Assembly (NCBI GenBank): GCA_934489945.1
Contig: CAKSSY010000003.1
Location: forward strand, 21 to 64,020
From: an uncultured Eubacteriales bacterium
Lineage (GTDB): Bacteria > Bacillota > Clostridia > Oscillospirales > CAG-272
Direction: 5' to 3'
DNA length: 64,000 nucleotides
The translations under genes were made by a program, and so were the position numbers. The notes under the pieces are model-generated. The model searched no databases. It saw only the letters and a list, made by a program, of their open reading frames with translations, and had not been told where the DNA came from. Each line of letters opens with the position of its first letter. Within the stretch, counting starts at the first letter, position 1. Shown piece after piece: positions 17,842 through 26,895 of the stretch.

Positions 17842-20800
17842 TTATTGTCCTTTCGTTTGGTCGTGATTTTCGGAGGTATTCTTGGCGGCTCTGCGACGGC
17901 GAATGAGCAGGTCTCCACCGAGAATCGCACCGTAAAGAATGACAGAACCGAGTGAAATCAGTGCACCGACATTCACGATTTTCGGGGAATATTTCAGTTC
18001 CAGCGTGTGGTTACCATTTCCTTCGATATCGAAAGAAACGAGTGCATCAAGTGACTTACGGATCGGCACTTTTTTGCCGTCGACAAAGACGTTCCAGCCC
18101 TCGTCATAGGCAATTGTTGTGAGAATGGTAGTCTTTTCCTTGTTGGTTCGAATGGTTCCTTCCAAGTGAGAATCGGAGGCTTTTTCAATCGCAAATTGTC
18201 CGTCTGCAAGGATATTCATGACTTTTTCAAACGCCTCTATGTCGAAATAGTACAAATAATGCTCATCGTTTTTCAGATAAAGATTGCTTTCTTCCAGAAT
18301 CAATTTCACCGTGACATTGGAACCGCGTTCCCGATACCCAAGTGCCTTGATACGGTCAGAATCACTTGCCATGAAGTCTTCATATTCTTCGTTGTTGACG
18401 GTCAGCTTGACCTCGCGCGGATAGAGGGAAGGGGCGTAAAAATAGAGCAAGGCATCCTCCGGCATGGAGATTGTGAACAGGGCGTAGGTGTCATAACTTC
18501 CGGTGTCCTCATGAGGTTTATAAGAGGTATGACCGGCGATTGTCGATTTCTGACCGTTTGTATAGGTGGATGCAATTTCGATCGGAACAAACACTTGGAT
18601 TGGTTCCTTTGAACCTGTCATTGCCGTCACGAGAGAATTCAATCGTTCAAACGGAGAATTCAGAAGGACTTCGGATTTGCCGTCTTCGTTGGTGCGACGG
18701 AAGTGGTAATCATTCAATGCCTCATCCACGGCATAAGCAATGGAAAGCGCGTAGGGGTTTTTATAGGCGGTGTAGTTTGCGGTTTCGGTGCTGACCTCGC
18801 CAAGCATACGGAGAGCTTCTTCCAGTGCCATACTTTCGTGATAAACGGCTCTGGTTTCGCTGATGTTTTTGTCACAAAGGATATATTTCAATCCGAGCAA
18901 GGAATCGCTAAGAGGATTGCCGCCGAGATAGCGCGACCAATGTGACTCAGAGGCGTATCCCATATCGGAAAGGAAGTGAATGGTTTCCTTATTGAGTGTT
19001 GAGGTAGAGCAGGAGAGACCGCGCATGCCGAGAGCCATATTGTCGTTGGTCTTGCGATGCGTGGTTTTTTCCATGCGATAGAAGGAGGGGTCGTTTTTCA
19101 TGACTTCGTTTACAATCGGGCGGACGCGTGAGATATATTCGTTGTACGAACTATACGAAGAATAGACAACGTCGCAGTCAAGGCTTGTCATGTGGATAAT
19201 GCCGTTGCCGAACAGCTCAACACAAACGACGATCAATAAGATGCGGGAGAGGTTTTGCCTTGCCTTCGGTTCATTTGCACGGAGAAGAAGGTAAAGAACG
19301 GCGCAGAGCAGAACGATCATGACGAGTGAGAACAGAACGGTGCGAAGCGGATCGATCCGTCCTTCCACGAAACCGTATTCGCCGTCAAGAACAAAATTCG
19401 GGAACTTGAATTTTTGCAGGATCATGACGATAACTGCCAGTGCCGAACCCACAAGGAACAGAATATGAGCCTTTTGTTTGCGGAATTCCGCCGTTGCCTT
19501 GTAGGCAAGTGTCAGCAGGAAGAAGGACAGCAGAAAGCTGTAACGATAATTGAGCCAGTTCGGTTTCTGAAATCCGTGCCAAACAATATCGACGGGGCTG
19601 ATAATAAAGCTGAGAACAAAGACAGCAACGAAAAATACGGAAAACAGCTTTTCCCGCACGGAGATATTTTTGGAAAGAAAGTAGAAAGGAATCATCAAAA
19701 GCGTCAGGATACCGCAGTAGATAAACGGCAGACCTGCCGGGCGCACGGTGTCGTAGGTTCCGGGCAGGAGCTTAACGAAAAGATCGGCAAGATCATAGCG
19801 CAGAATAAACGACCAGTTCGGAGTCGAAAAGGTGTTTTTTCCGAAGGTAAGAGAATAGTAGGCGGCAAGCAGAATCACGGCGGCAATTCCGATGGCGAGG
19901 AGTGCGGAAAATCCCATGCGGAGCAGGGAACGAAGAAAATGAATCTTCTCCCCGCGCGGGTTAATATCGCCGTTTTCTCCGCCGTGAGCAAGATAATAAT
20001 AGAAAAAGTACAGGGCTATATAAATACAGACCATGTAGCCGATGTAGAAATTGCTCATCAGCGTAAGGGCGAGAACCGGGATAAACAGTTTGAATTTGCC
20101 GTATTTCAGCATCTGTTCAATCAGATAGGTGAGCACAGGCAACCAAATAAAGGCATCAATCCACATGGAGTTGTGCTGTTGTACGATGGCGTAGGAACAG
20201 AGTGCATACAGGCAGGAGAAAATCCAGACCGCATATTTATTCGGTTTCGCGGTGGTTTTGTGAAGGTACCAGCCGAATGTCAGCCCGGAGCAACCGGTTT
20301 TCAAGAGGAAGATGGTGAGCAGGGCTTCCAAAATCCGCGATTGCGGAAAGAGTGCTACGATGTAGGAAAAGGGGCTGGCAATATAGTAGGCGTAAATACC
20401 GAGAAATTCGCCGCCGAGTGCCCGTGAGAAGGAGTACAAAAGGCTTTTGTCACCGTAGATGGCGTTGCGGAGTGCTTCGTAAAAATAGACATATTGTCCG
20501 TTGAGATCAAGCACCAGTACACTCTCATTGCCGAACGGGTGGATTCCCTTGACAACATAGAGAAGATACATCAAAGCAACCGGCAGAAAAAAGGAGATCG
20601 AGAGATACGCCCATGGTTTTTGACGCAATCGGGAAAACCATGCTGCAATTTTTCTCTGTGCCCGATCCGGTGCTTCTTCCGAAGCGACAATTGCCGCTTC
20701 GGACTCCGGCAATGTATTTTCGTATTCTGTCGTGTCCTCCGATTCGGCAAGCGGAATTTCCGGTTCATCCGGAGAGGTTGTTTCCGGTTTTGCAGAGGTT

Positions 20801-21021
20801 GTCAAAGGTTCCTCGGGTGACACACTGGATTCTGTGCCGGATGCCGTGTTCATTTGTTCGTTTTTTTCCTCCAGCGATGCGGTAAGATCCAAAACACGCT
20901 TGGGAACCTTTTCACGCGGTTTCCAGGATTCCGGCATCTCGTATGAGGAGAGCTCGTCCCCGGCAGCTTGATTTTCGTTATTGCGGATCGGATCCGAATT
21001 CTGATTCATGGCTTTTATCAC
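17842..21021 (-). CDS. YfhO-family polytopic membrane protein (putative glycosyltransferase) with an acidic N-terminal extension of about 130 aa
   Basis: YfhO-like core: GIHPFGNESVLVLDLNGQYVYFYEALRNAIYGDKSLLYSFSRALGGEFLGIYAYYIASPF, plus many TM segments. The start is uncertain (GTG 21021 or ATG 21009). Both overlap the upstream DUF951 gene. Confidence 0.8.
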   Translation of the reverse strand: MIKAMNQNSDPIRNNENQAAGDELSSYEMPESWKPREKVPKRVLDLTASLEEKNEQMNTASGTESSVSPEEPLTTSAKPETTSPDEPEIPLAESEDTTEYENTLPESEAAIVASEEAPDRAQRKIAAWFSRLRQKPWAYLSISFFLPVALMYLLYVVKGIHPFGNESVLVLDLNGQYVYFYEALRNAIYGDKSLLYSFSRALGGEFLGIYAYYIASPFSYIVALFPQSRILEALLTIFLLKTGCSGLTFGWYLHKTTAKPNKYAVWIFSCLYALCSYAIVQQHNSMWIDAFIWLPVLTYLIEQMLKYGKFKLFIPVLALTLMSNFYIGYMVCIYIALYFFYYYLAHGGENGDINPRGEKIHFLRSLLRMGFSALLAIGIAAVILLAAYYSLTFGKNTFSTPNWSFILRYDLADLFVKLLPGTYDTVRPAGLPFIYCGILTLLMIPFYFLSKNISVREKLFSVFFVAVFVLSFIISPVDIVWHGFQKPNWLNYRYSFLLSFFLLTLAYKATAEFRKQKAHILFLVGSALAVIVMILQKFKFPNFVLDGEYGFVEGRIDPLRTVLFSLVMIVLLCAVLYLLLRANEPKARQNLSRILLIVVCVELFGNGIIHMTSLDCDVVYSSYSSYNEYISRVRPIVNEVMKNDPSFYRMEKTTHRKTNDNMALGMRGLSCSTSTLNKETIHFLSDMGYASESHWSRYLGGNPLSDSLLGLKYILCDKNISETRAVYHESMALEEALRMLGEVSTETANYTAYKNPYALSIAYAVDEALNDYHFRRTNEDGKSEVLLNSPFERLNSLVTAMTGSKEPIQVFVPIEIASTYTNGQKSTIAGHTSYKPHEDTGSYDTYALFTISMPEDALLYFYAPSLYPREVKLTVNNEEYEDFMASDSDRIKALGYRERGSNVTVKLILEESNLYLKNDEHYLYYFDIEAFEKVMNILADGQFAIEKASDSHLEGTIRTNKEKTTILTTIAYDEGWNVFVDGKKVPIRKSLDALVSFDIEGNGNHTLELKYSPKIVNVGALISLGSVILYGAILGGDLLIRRRRAAKNTSENHDQTKGQ

Positions 21022-21214
21022 TTTCTGTATTTTTTGTCAGTTTTTTGATGGCTTTTTCAAATTTCACTCTGTCGACGGTAATATCCCGTCCGCATCCAGT
21101 GCAGATTGCGCGGATGTCGCTTCCGACGCGGAGAATCCGGAACGAGGAGGAACCGCACGGGTGCTTTTTTTTCATTTCGGCAATGTCTCCGACTGCCAGA
21201 CGAATAATGTTCAC
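20978..21214 (-). CDS. DUF951-family small protein
   Basis: GTG start 21214 follows AGGAGGAGAG. MKKKHPCGSSSFRILRVGSDIRAICTGCGRDITVDRVKFEKAIKK matches the DUF951 Cys pattern. Confidence 0.7.
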   Translation of the reverse strand: MNIIRLAVGDIAEMKKKHPCGSSSFRILRVGSDIRAICTGCGRDITVDRVKFEKAIKKLTKNTESDKSHESEFGSDPQ

Positions 21215-21246
21215 GTGAAACTCTCCTCCTAAAAAATATATATCTT

Positions 21247-21275
21247 AATATAACATAATATCCCATAAAAGTCAA
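21247..21275 (-). promoter_or_regulatory. Promoter of the DUF951-yfhO-ruvA-ruvB operon
   Basis: Minus strand: TTGACT (21275-21270), 17 nt, TATATT (21252-21247). Confidence 0.45.
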
Positions 21276-21314
21276 CTCGGATTCGGCTTTTTTTCACAAA
21301 AAAGAAAAATCTGT

Positions 21315-21343
21315 TTGACAGGAACACCTCGATGTGCTATAAT
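21315..21343 (+). promoter_or_regulatory. Promoter of ruvC
   Basis: TTGACA (21315-21320), 17 nt, TATAAT (21338-21343). Confidence 0.55.
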
Positions 21344-21383
21344 TTATCATGGCATAAAAGTTTAAGTCGGTATGGGAGAAAAA

Positions 21384-21881
21384 ATGAGAATACTTGGAAT
21401 CGATCCCGGAATAGCCATCGTCGGATGGGGGGTCGTTGATTATACGGGAAACCGTTTTCGTATGATTGGTTGCGGCTCGGTTCAGACACCGGCGGAAATG
21501 CGGACCGAGGACAGACTGATGGAAATTTATCGGAGAATTTCAGAGTTGATTGAGATTTATAAACCTGATTGTATGTCCATTGAGGAACTGTTCTGGAATA
21601 CCAATCAGACTACGGGTATCCGTGTCAGCGAGGCACGCGGTGTCATGCTTTTGTGCGCGGCACAGAGGAAACTTCGGATTTTTGAATATACACCTCTTCA
21701 GGTCAAACAAGCGGTGGTCGGTTACGGACGTGCCGAAAAAAAGCAGATTATTGCTATGGTTACCAGGATTCTCGGATTGGAAAAACCGCCTAAACCCGAC
21801 GATACTGCCGATGCGTTGGCTCTTGCCATCTGCCACGCACACAGTGGGTGTTCAAGACTGGCGGACTATTATAATAAATGA
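21384..21881 (+). CDS. ruvC: Crossover junction endodeoxyribonuclease RuvC
   Basis: Starts MRILGIDPGIAIVGWGVV. Ends DDTADALALAICHAH. Start trimmed to 21384 after GGGAGAAAAA. Confidence 0.93.
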   Translation: MRILGIDPGIAIVGWGVVDYTGNRFRMIGCGSVQTPAEMRTEDRLMEIYRRISELIEIYKPDCMSIEELFWNTNQTTGIRVSEARGVMLLCAAQRKLRIFEYTPLQVKQAVVGYGRAEKKQIIAMVTRILGLEKPPKPDDTADALALAICHAHSGCSRLADYYNK

Positions 21882-21897
21882 ATTTTGAGGAAAAACA

Positions 21898-22767
21898 ATG
21901 TGGTGTTCGCAAAACTGGAAGGATTATGAATTGATCGACACCTCCGAGGGAGAGAGATTGGAGCGTTGGGGAAAATATTTGCTGATTCGTCCCGATCCGC
22001 AGATCATTTGGAAAAATGAAAAGAAAAGCCTGCTTTGGGAAAAGGCGGATGCCATGTATAAGCGTTCTTCCGGAGGGGGCGGCGGATGGAAAAACAACCG
22101 TTTGCCCGAACAATGGAAGATCCGATACGGAGATCTGAATTTTGTCGTTCGCCCGACGGGGTTCAAACATACGGGGCTTTTTCCGGAACAGGCTGCAAAT
22201 TGGGATTGGTTTTCCGCTCTGATTCGGAGTGCCGGGCGTCCGGTGAAGGTGCTGAATCTTTTTGCCTACACGGGAGGGGCTACGGTTGCTGCTGCCAAGG
22301 CGGGGGCTTCGGTCTGTCATGTTGATGCCGCCAAAGGCATGGTGGCACAGGCAAAGGAAAATGCGGCACTTTCGGGATTGGCGGATGCTCCGATCCGCTA
22401 TATTGTGGATGATTGCAAAAAGTTTGTTGAACGTGAGATCAAGCGGGGAAATCGCTATGACGGCGTGATTATGGACCCGCCTTCTTATGGCAGAGGTCCG
22501 TCCGGCGAGGTATGGAAAATTGAGGACAATATCGATGAACTTGTGGGGCTGGTCGTAAAGGTGCTTTCGGATGAACCGCTGTTTTTCCTTGTCAATTCTT
22601 ATACGACGGGACTTTCCCCCCTTGCCATGAATTATATTCTGAATCTTCGGCTTTGCCGTCGCTTCGGAGGTAAGGCGGAGGCGGGTGAACTGGCTCTTCC
22701 TGTAACGCGCACGGGTGGATTTCTCCCTTGTGGTGCCAGCGTCAGATGGTCGGCGGACAAAATCTAA
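21898..22767 (+). CDS. Class I SAM-dependent methyltransferase (RlmI/YwbD-like catalytic domain, no PUA domain)
   Basis: NLFAYTGGATVAAA (motif I) and GVIMDPPSYG (motif IV). Confidence 0.75.
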   Translation: MWCSQNWKDYELIDTSEGERLERWGKYLLIRPDPQIIWKNEKKSLLWEKADAMYKRSSGGGGGWKNNRLPEQWKIRYGDLNFVVRPTGFKHTGLFPEQAANWDWFSALIRSAGRPVKVLNLFAYTGGATVAAAKAGASVCHVDAAKGMVAQAKENAALSGLADAPIRYIVDDCKKFVEREIKRGNRYDGVIMDPPSYGRGPSGEVWKIEDNIDELVGLVVKVLSDEPLFFLVNSYTTGLSPLAMNYILNLRLCRRFGGKAEAGELALPVTRTGGFLPCGASVRWSADKI

Positions 22768-22786
22768 TGCAGAACGGGTGTTTTTC

Positions 22787-23674
22787 ATGAAGGATACGTT
22801 TATCGCAATTGAAAAATTGAATTATGCTTATAAAGACGACGATGGAAGAGAGGTGCCGGTTCTTCATGACATTTCTCTGGAGATCGGGCGAGGTGAATAT
22901 GTGGCGGTTCTCGGACATAACGGTTCGGGAAAGTCCACACTTGCCAAGTTGATGACATTGATTCTGACTCCCACTTCGGGAAAGATTAAGGTGGACGGAA
23001 TGGAAGTGACTTCCGAGGGGATTTCCGATGACGATCTCTATCGTCTCCGTCGAAAGGTCGGAATGGTGTTCCAGAATCCGGACAATCAACTTGTTGCCAC
23101 CATTGTGGAAGAGGATGTTGCATTCGGTCCTGAGAATCTCGGATTGCCTCAGGCGGAAATCCGCCGGCGCGTCGACGAGGCACTTGCCACGGTCGGGATG
23201 TCCGAATATGCGCATCATGAGCCGCATCGCTTGTCGGGCGGACAAAAACAACGGGTTGCCATTGCCGGCATCATTGCTATGATGCCGGAGTGTATGATTT
23301 TCGATGAGTCGACCGCCATGCTGGATCCTTCGGGACGCAAGGAGGTTCTTTCCACGATCGAACGGTTGAACCGCGAAAAAAAGATTACCGTTCTGACCAT
23401 TACGCATTATATGAACGAGGCGGCAAAGGCGGACAGAGTGATCGTTCTGGACGACGGTCGGATTCTTTTGTCCGGCACTCCCGCCGAGGTGTTTTCAAAG
23501 CCTGAGTTGTTGCGCCGGGCGGGACTGGATGTTCCTCAATGCAGTGCGCTTGTCGAGAGCTTGCGTGCGGAAGGCTTTGATTTGAAAGGGGACTGCTATT
23601 CCACAGAACGATGTGCCGATGTGATCTGTCGTTATATCCGGGATCATTCGGACGGACAGGAAAAGAGGGGTTGA
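22787..23674 (+). CDS. ecfA: Energy-coupling factor (ECF) transporter ATPase
   Basis: Contains GHNGSGKST, LSGGQKQRVAIAG and IFDEST. Start trimmed to MKDTFIAIEKL. Confidence 0.9.
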   Translation: MKDTFIAIEKLNYAYKDDDGREVPVLHDISLEIGRGEYVAVLGHNGSGKSTLAKLMTLILTPTSGKIKVDGMEVTSEGISDDDLYRLRRKVGMVFQNPDNQLVATIVEEDVAFGPENLGLPQAEIRRRVDEALATVGMSEYAHHEPHRLSGGQKQRVAIAGIIAMMPECMIFDESTAMLDPSGRKEVLSTIERLNREKKITVLTITHYMNEAAKADRVIVLDDGRILLSGTPAEVFSKPELLRRAGLDVPQCSALVESLRAEGFDLKGDCYSTERCADVICRYIRDHSDGQEKRG

Positions 23675-23676
23675 AT

Positions 23677-24546
23677 GTGGCTAAAATAGAATTGGAGAAT
23701 GTCACTTATATTTACAGCAAGGGAACCCCTTATGAAATACGGGCACTTGATAATGTCAGTGTCGGAATCGAGGAGGGCTCTGTTACCGGCATTATCGGAC
23801 ACACCGGCTCCGGCAAATCTACATTTGTTCAACTTCTGAACGGATTGGAGCGGGCAAGCGAGGGGCGTGTTTTGCTTGACGGCAAAGATATTTGGGAAAA
23901 TCCGAAAGAGATCGGCAAGATACGGTTTCGTGTCGGACTTGTCATGCAGTATCCCGAATATCAGCTTTTTGAGGAAACCATCCGTCGGGATATTGCGTTC
24001 GGTCCTGTCAATATGGGACTTGAGGAAAAGGAAATTGCCGAGAGAGTGGAACAGGCGGCAGAGTTTGTGGGACTCGGGAAAGAACTTCTCGATAAGTCTC
24101 CGTTTGATTTGTCAGGCGGACAGAAGCGTCGTGCGGCAATTGCAGGGGTAATTGCCATGAGACCGGAGGTTTTGGTTCTTGACGAGCCGTCGGCAGGATT
24201 GGATCCGGTCGGCAGGGATTCCATTTTCAACAGTATTCTCAATTACCGGAACGAAACGGGAGCCACCGTTGTGATTGTCAGTCACAGTATGGAGGATATG
24301 GCGCGCTTTTGTGAGAATCTTATCGTGCTTTCTCATGCCAAAGTTGTGATGCAGGGCAAATGCGCCGAGGTTTTTTCGCGGGCAAAGGATCTTGGCGAGA
24401 TCGGATTGGATATTCCGCAGATTACCGAGTTGATGCAGGTGCTGAAAGCACGCGGCGTGCCGGTAAATGACGGGATTTACACCGTAAAGGATGCAGTGCG
24501 GGAAATTGCCCGTATTTTGAAACCCATTTCACCCGAAAGGTCTTGA
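23677..24546 (+). CDS. ecfA: Energy-coupling factor (ECF) transporter ATPase, second copy
   Basis: GTG 23677 follows AGAGGGG, 2 nt after the upstream stop. Contains GHTGSGKST, LSGGQKRRAAIAG and VLDEPS. Confidence 0.9.
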   Translation: MAKIELENVTYIYSKGTPYEIRALDNVSVGIEEGSVTGIIGHTGSGKSTFVQLLNGLERASEGRVLLDGKDIWENPKEIGKIRFRVGLVMQYPEYQLFEETIRRDIAFGPVNMGLEEKEIAERVEQAAEFVGLGKELLDKSPFDLSGGQKRRAAIAGVIAMRPEVLVLDEPSAGLDPVGRDSIFNSILNYRNETGATVVIVSHSMEDMARFCENLIVLSHAKVVMQGKCAEVFSRAKDLGEIGLDIPQITELMQVLKARGVPVNDGIYTVKDAVREIARILKPISPERS

Positions 24547-24552
24547 TTCAGA

Positions 24553-25371
24553 ATGAAAAATATCGCATTCGGGCAGTATTATCCGGCGGATTCGGTAATT
24601 CACCGACTTGATCCGCGGGCAAAAGTGATTCTTGCGATTCTGTATATCGTCTGCTCGTTTTTATGTAAAAATATACTCAGTTTTGCGGCTCTTGCCGTAT
24701 CCGCGGTTGTGGTGGTTCTGATGAGCAGAATTCCCATCGGAACCGTTTTGCGTTCGGTGCGTCCGGTTCTGTTTATCATGTTGTTTACCGCTGTGTTGAA
24801 CATTTTCTGGACGACGGGCGAATCACCGCTTTTTGCTTGGGGAATTCTGAAGGTATACCCCGAGGGCTTGTACAATGCGCTCTTTATGTTGATTCGTATT
24901 CTTTCGCTTATTGTCGGAACCGGTATATTCATGACGTATACCACAACTCCGATTTCGCTTGCTGACGGGTTGGAGCAATTGCTCTCTCCGCTCAAGAAAA
25001 TCCGGGTTCCCGTTCACGAGTTCTCCATGATGATGACCGTGGCACTTCGTTTTATTCCGACGCTTATCGAAGAAACCGATAAGATTATCGCTGCTCAAAA
25101 GGCAAGAGGAGCTGATTTTACCACGGGCGGTCTTGTTAAACGAGCCAAGGCGTTGGTTCCCATTCTGGTTCCGCTTGTGATTTCGGCTTTTCGCCGTGCA
25201 GATGAGTTGGCAACGGCAATGGAGTGTCGGTGTTACCGGGGCGGCGAGGGAAGAACCAAACTTTATGTTCTGCATTATGCGGCGCGTGATTTCTTGGCGA
25301 TGGGAACGGTTGTACTGTTTGGCGTCGGGTTGGTGCTTCTCAATCGTTTGGCAGTCGGATATTCAATTTGA
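24553..25371 (+). CDS. ecfT: ECF transporter transmembrane component EcfT
   Basis: Follows the two ecfA genes. Polytopic, with AAQKARGADF, an EcfT/CbiQ-type motif. Confidence 0.88.
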   Translation: MKNIAFGQYYPADSVIHRLDPRAKVILAILYIVCSFLCKNILSFAALAVSAVVVVLMSRIPIGTVLRSVRPVLFIMLFTAVLNIFWTTGESPLFAWGILKVYPEGLYNALFMLIRILSLIVGTGIFMTYTTTPISLADGLEQLLSPLKKIRVPVHEFSMMMTVALRFIPTLIEETDKIIAAQKARGADFTTGGLVKRAKALVPILVPLVISAFRRADELATAMECRCYRGGEGRTKLYVLHYAARDFLAMGTVVLFGVGLVLLNRLAVGYSI

Positions 25372-25384
25372 GGAAGGAGACAAA

Positions 25385-26194
25385 ATGAAGCTCTTTCTGA
25401 AACTCTCGTTCCTTGGAACAAGGTATCAGGGATATCAGGTACAGGGGGATCGACCGACGGTTCAGAAGATTCTGAACGAGGTCACAGAACACATTTTCGG
25501 TTTTCCTTGTGATATTGTGGGATGTAGCCGCACCGACAGCGGGGTTCACGCCGAGGAGTTTTGCGTTACTGTGGCGAATAAGGGACAGGGAAGACTGGAA
25601 ACGACGGTGCCGGCTGAGAAGGTGCCGCGTGCCCTGAACGCTCTGTTGCCGGAGGACATTGCCGTAAATGATGCTTATTGGGTTCCGGATGAATTTCATC
25701 CCCGGTATGACGTGAAATATAAGGAATATGTATATCGGATGTGGAACGGAAAGGTCAGGAATCCCTTTCTTGCCGACCGTATGTTTTGCTTGCCGCATTT
25801 GGCAACAGAAGAGGATGTCGCACGTATGGATTGTGCTGCCCGGGAGTTTGTCGGAACGCACGATTTCCGTGCTTTCATGGCACAGGGTTCCAAGGTGAAG
25901 GATACGGTTCGTACCGTTTTTGATGCCGCCGTGACATCCGGGGAAAACAGCGTCGTCTTTCGTGTGGCGGCGAACGGATTTCTTTACAATATGGTCAGAA
26001 TCATGGCGGGAACTCTGCTTGATGTCGGACGCGGATATACCGCACCCGAGGAGATCGGCAACATTCTTGCGGGCAGAAACCGCCATGCGGCAGGCAGAAC
26101 CGCACCGGCATACGGTCTCTATCTTCACCGGGTATCGTACACCGATTACGATTTTAAGGAGGAAAAGGATGGGTATTTTCCAATATATCGTTGA
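25385..26194 (+). CDS. truA: tRNA pseudouridine(38-40) synthase TruA
   Basis: ATG 25385 follows GAAGGAGA. Starts MKLFLKLSFLGTRYQGYQVQ. The catalytic Asp lies in GCSRTDSGVHA. Confidence 0.92.
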   Translation: MKLFLKLSFLGTRYQGYQVQGDRPTVQKILNEVTEHIFGFPCDIVGCSRTDSGVHAEEFCVTVANKGQGRLETTVPAEKVPRALNALLPEDIAVNDAYWVPDEFHPRYDVKYKEYVYRMWNGKVRNPFLADRMFCLPHLATEEDVARMDCAAREFVGTHDFRAFMAQGSKVKDTVRTVFDAAVTSGENSVVFRVAANGFLYNMVRIMAGTLLDVGRGYTAPEEIGNILAGRNRHAAGRTAPAYGLYLHRVSYTDYDFKEEKDGYFPIYR

Positions 26195-26876
26195 TGCTGC
26201 TTATGTGATTGCGGCAATCTCGATTGTGTGCGTGTTCGCGGCAAGAGGCTTTTTTGAGTCGGTCTTCCGTTTCGGACGGTATATTGCATCGGCACTGATC
26301 AGCTATAGTTTCGGTCCCATGCTGAGTGGATTTCTGTATCGGAAATGGATTTTTAACTTTATTGCCGTTCCTGTGGCAGAAAAGATTTCCAATTTGCTTT
26401 CCAATACCATCGGCAGTGTGGATGTCGATTCTATGTTGGACACTCTGCCTGCCATTATGAAAAAATTGGTAGATGTTGATGCTCTGAAAGAAAAATACGG
26501 TACAACCGTGGAAAATATCGACGGAATGGCAGAGGATTTTGCCGCATCGGTCTCGGCACCTTTGGCGGGGTTGTTGTCTAATCTGATTGCTTACGTTGCG
26601 ATCTTCTTCTTTTCCGTACTGCTTCTTACTCTCTTATTTAAGTTGCTGAATCATGTATTTGAACTTCCGGGACTCAATTTCGTCAATCACTTGCTCGGAG
26701 CTGCGCTCGGAGCCTTGGCGGCATTGTTGACGCTTGCTGCGGTCACATGGCTCCTCGGCGTTCTCATCAGCTTGTTTGGGTCAAGCGGGAAGCTGGCGGA
26801 ATTTGCGGAAAGTTCTAAAATTTTCGGCTTTTTCCGGGATTTGGATGTTTTTAAACTGTTTCAATCTGTTAACTGA
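26169..26876 (+). CDS. CvpA-family membrane protein
   Basis: ATG 26169 follows AAGGAGGA and overlaps the truA 3' end by 26 nt. Contains IVDAAYVIAAISIVCVFAARGFFES and LPGLNFVNHLLGAALGALAALL, which fit the CvpA pattern. Confidence 0.6.
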   Translation: MGIFQYIVDAAYVIAAISIVCVFAARGFFESVFRFGRYIASALISYSFGPMLSGFLYRKWIFNFIAVPVAEKISNLLSNTIGSVDVDSMLDTLPAIMKKLVDVDALKEKYGTTVENIDGMAEDFAASVSAPLAGLLSNLIAYVAIFFFSVLLLTLLFKLLNHVFELPGLNFVNHLLGAALGALAALLTLAAVTWLLGVLISLFGSSGKLAEFAESSKIFGFFRDLDVFKLFQSVN

Positions 26877-26895
26877 TAACCGAAAGGGATAAAAT

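Noticed and set aside
21236-21275. An AT-rich stretch (..GGGATATTATGTTATATTAAGATATATATTTT.. on the minus strand) next to the ruv genes that superficially resembles a Firmicute dif/XerCD site (..ATATATTATGTAAACT).
   Set aside because: The match stops at ATATTATGT, and the XerD arm (TAAACT) is not present. The same bases are better explained as the -35/-10 elements of the DUF951-yfhO-ruvAB promoter.
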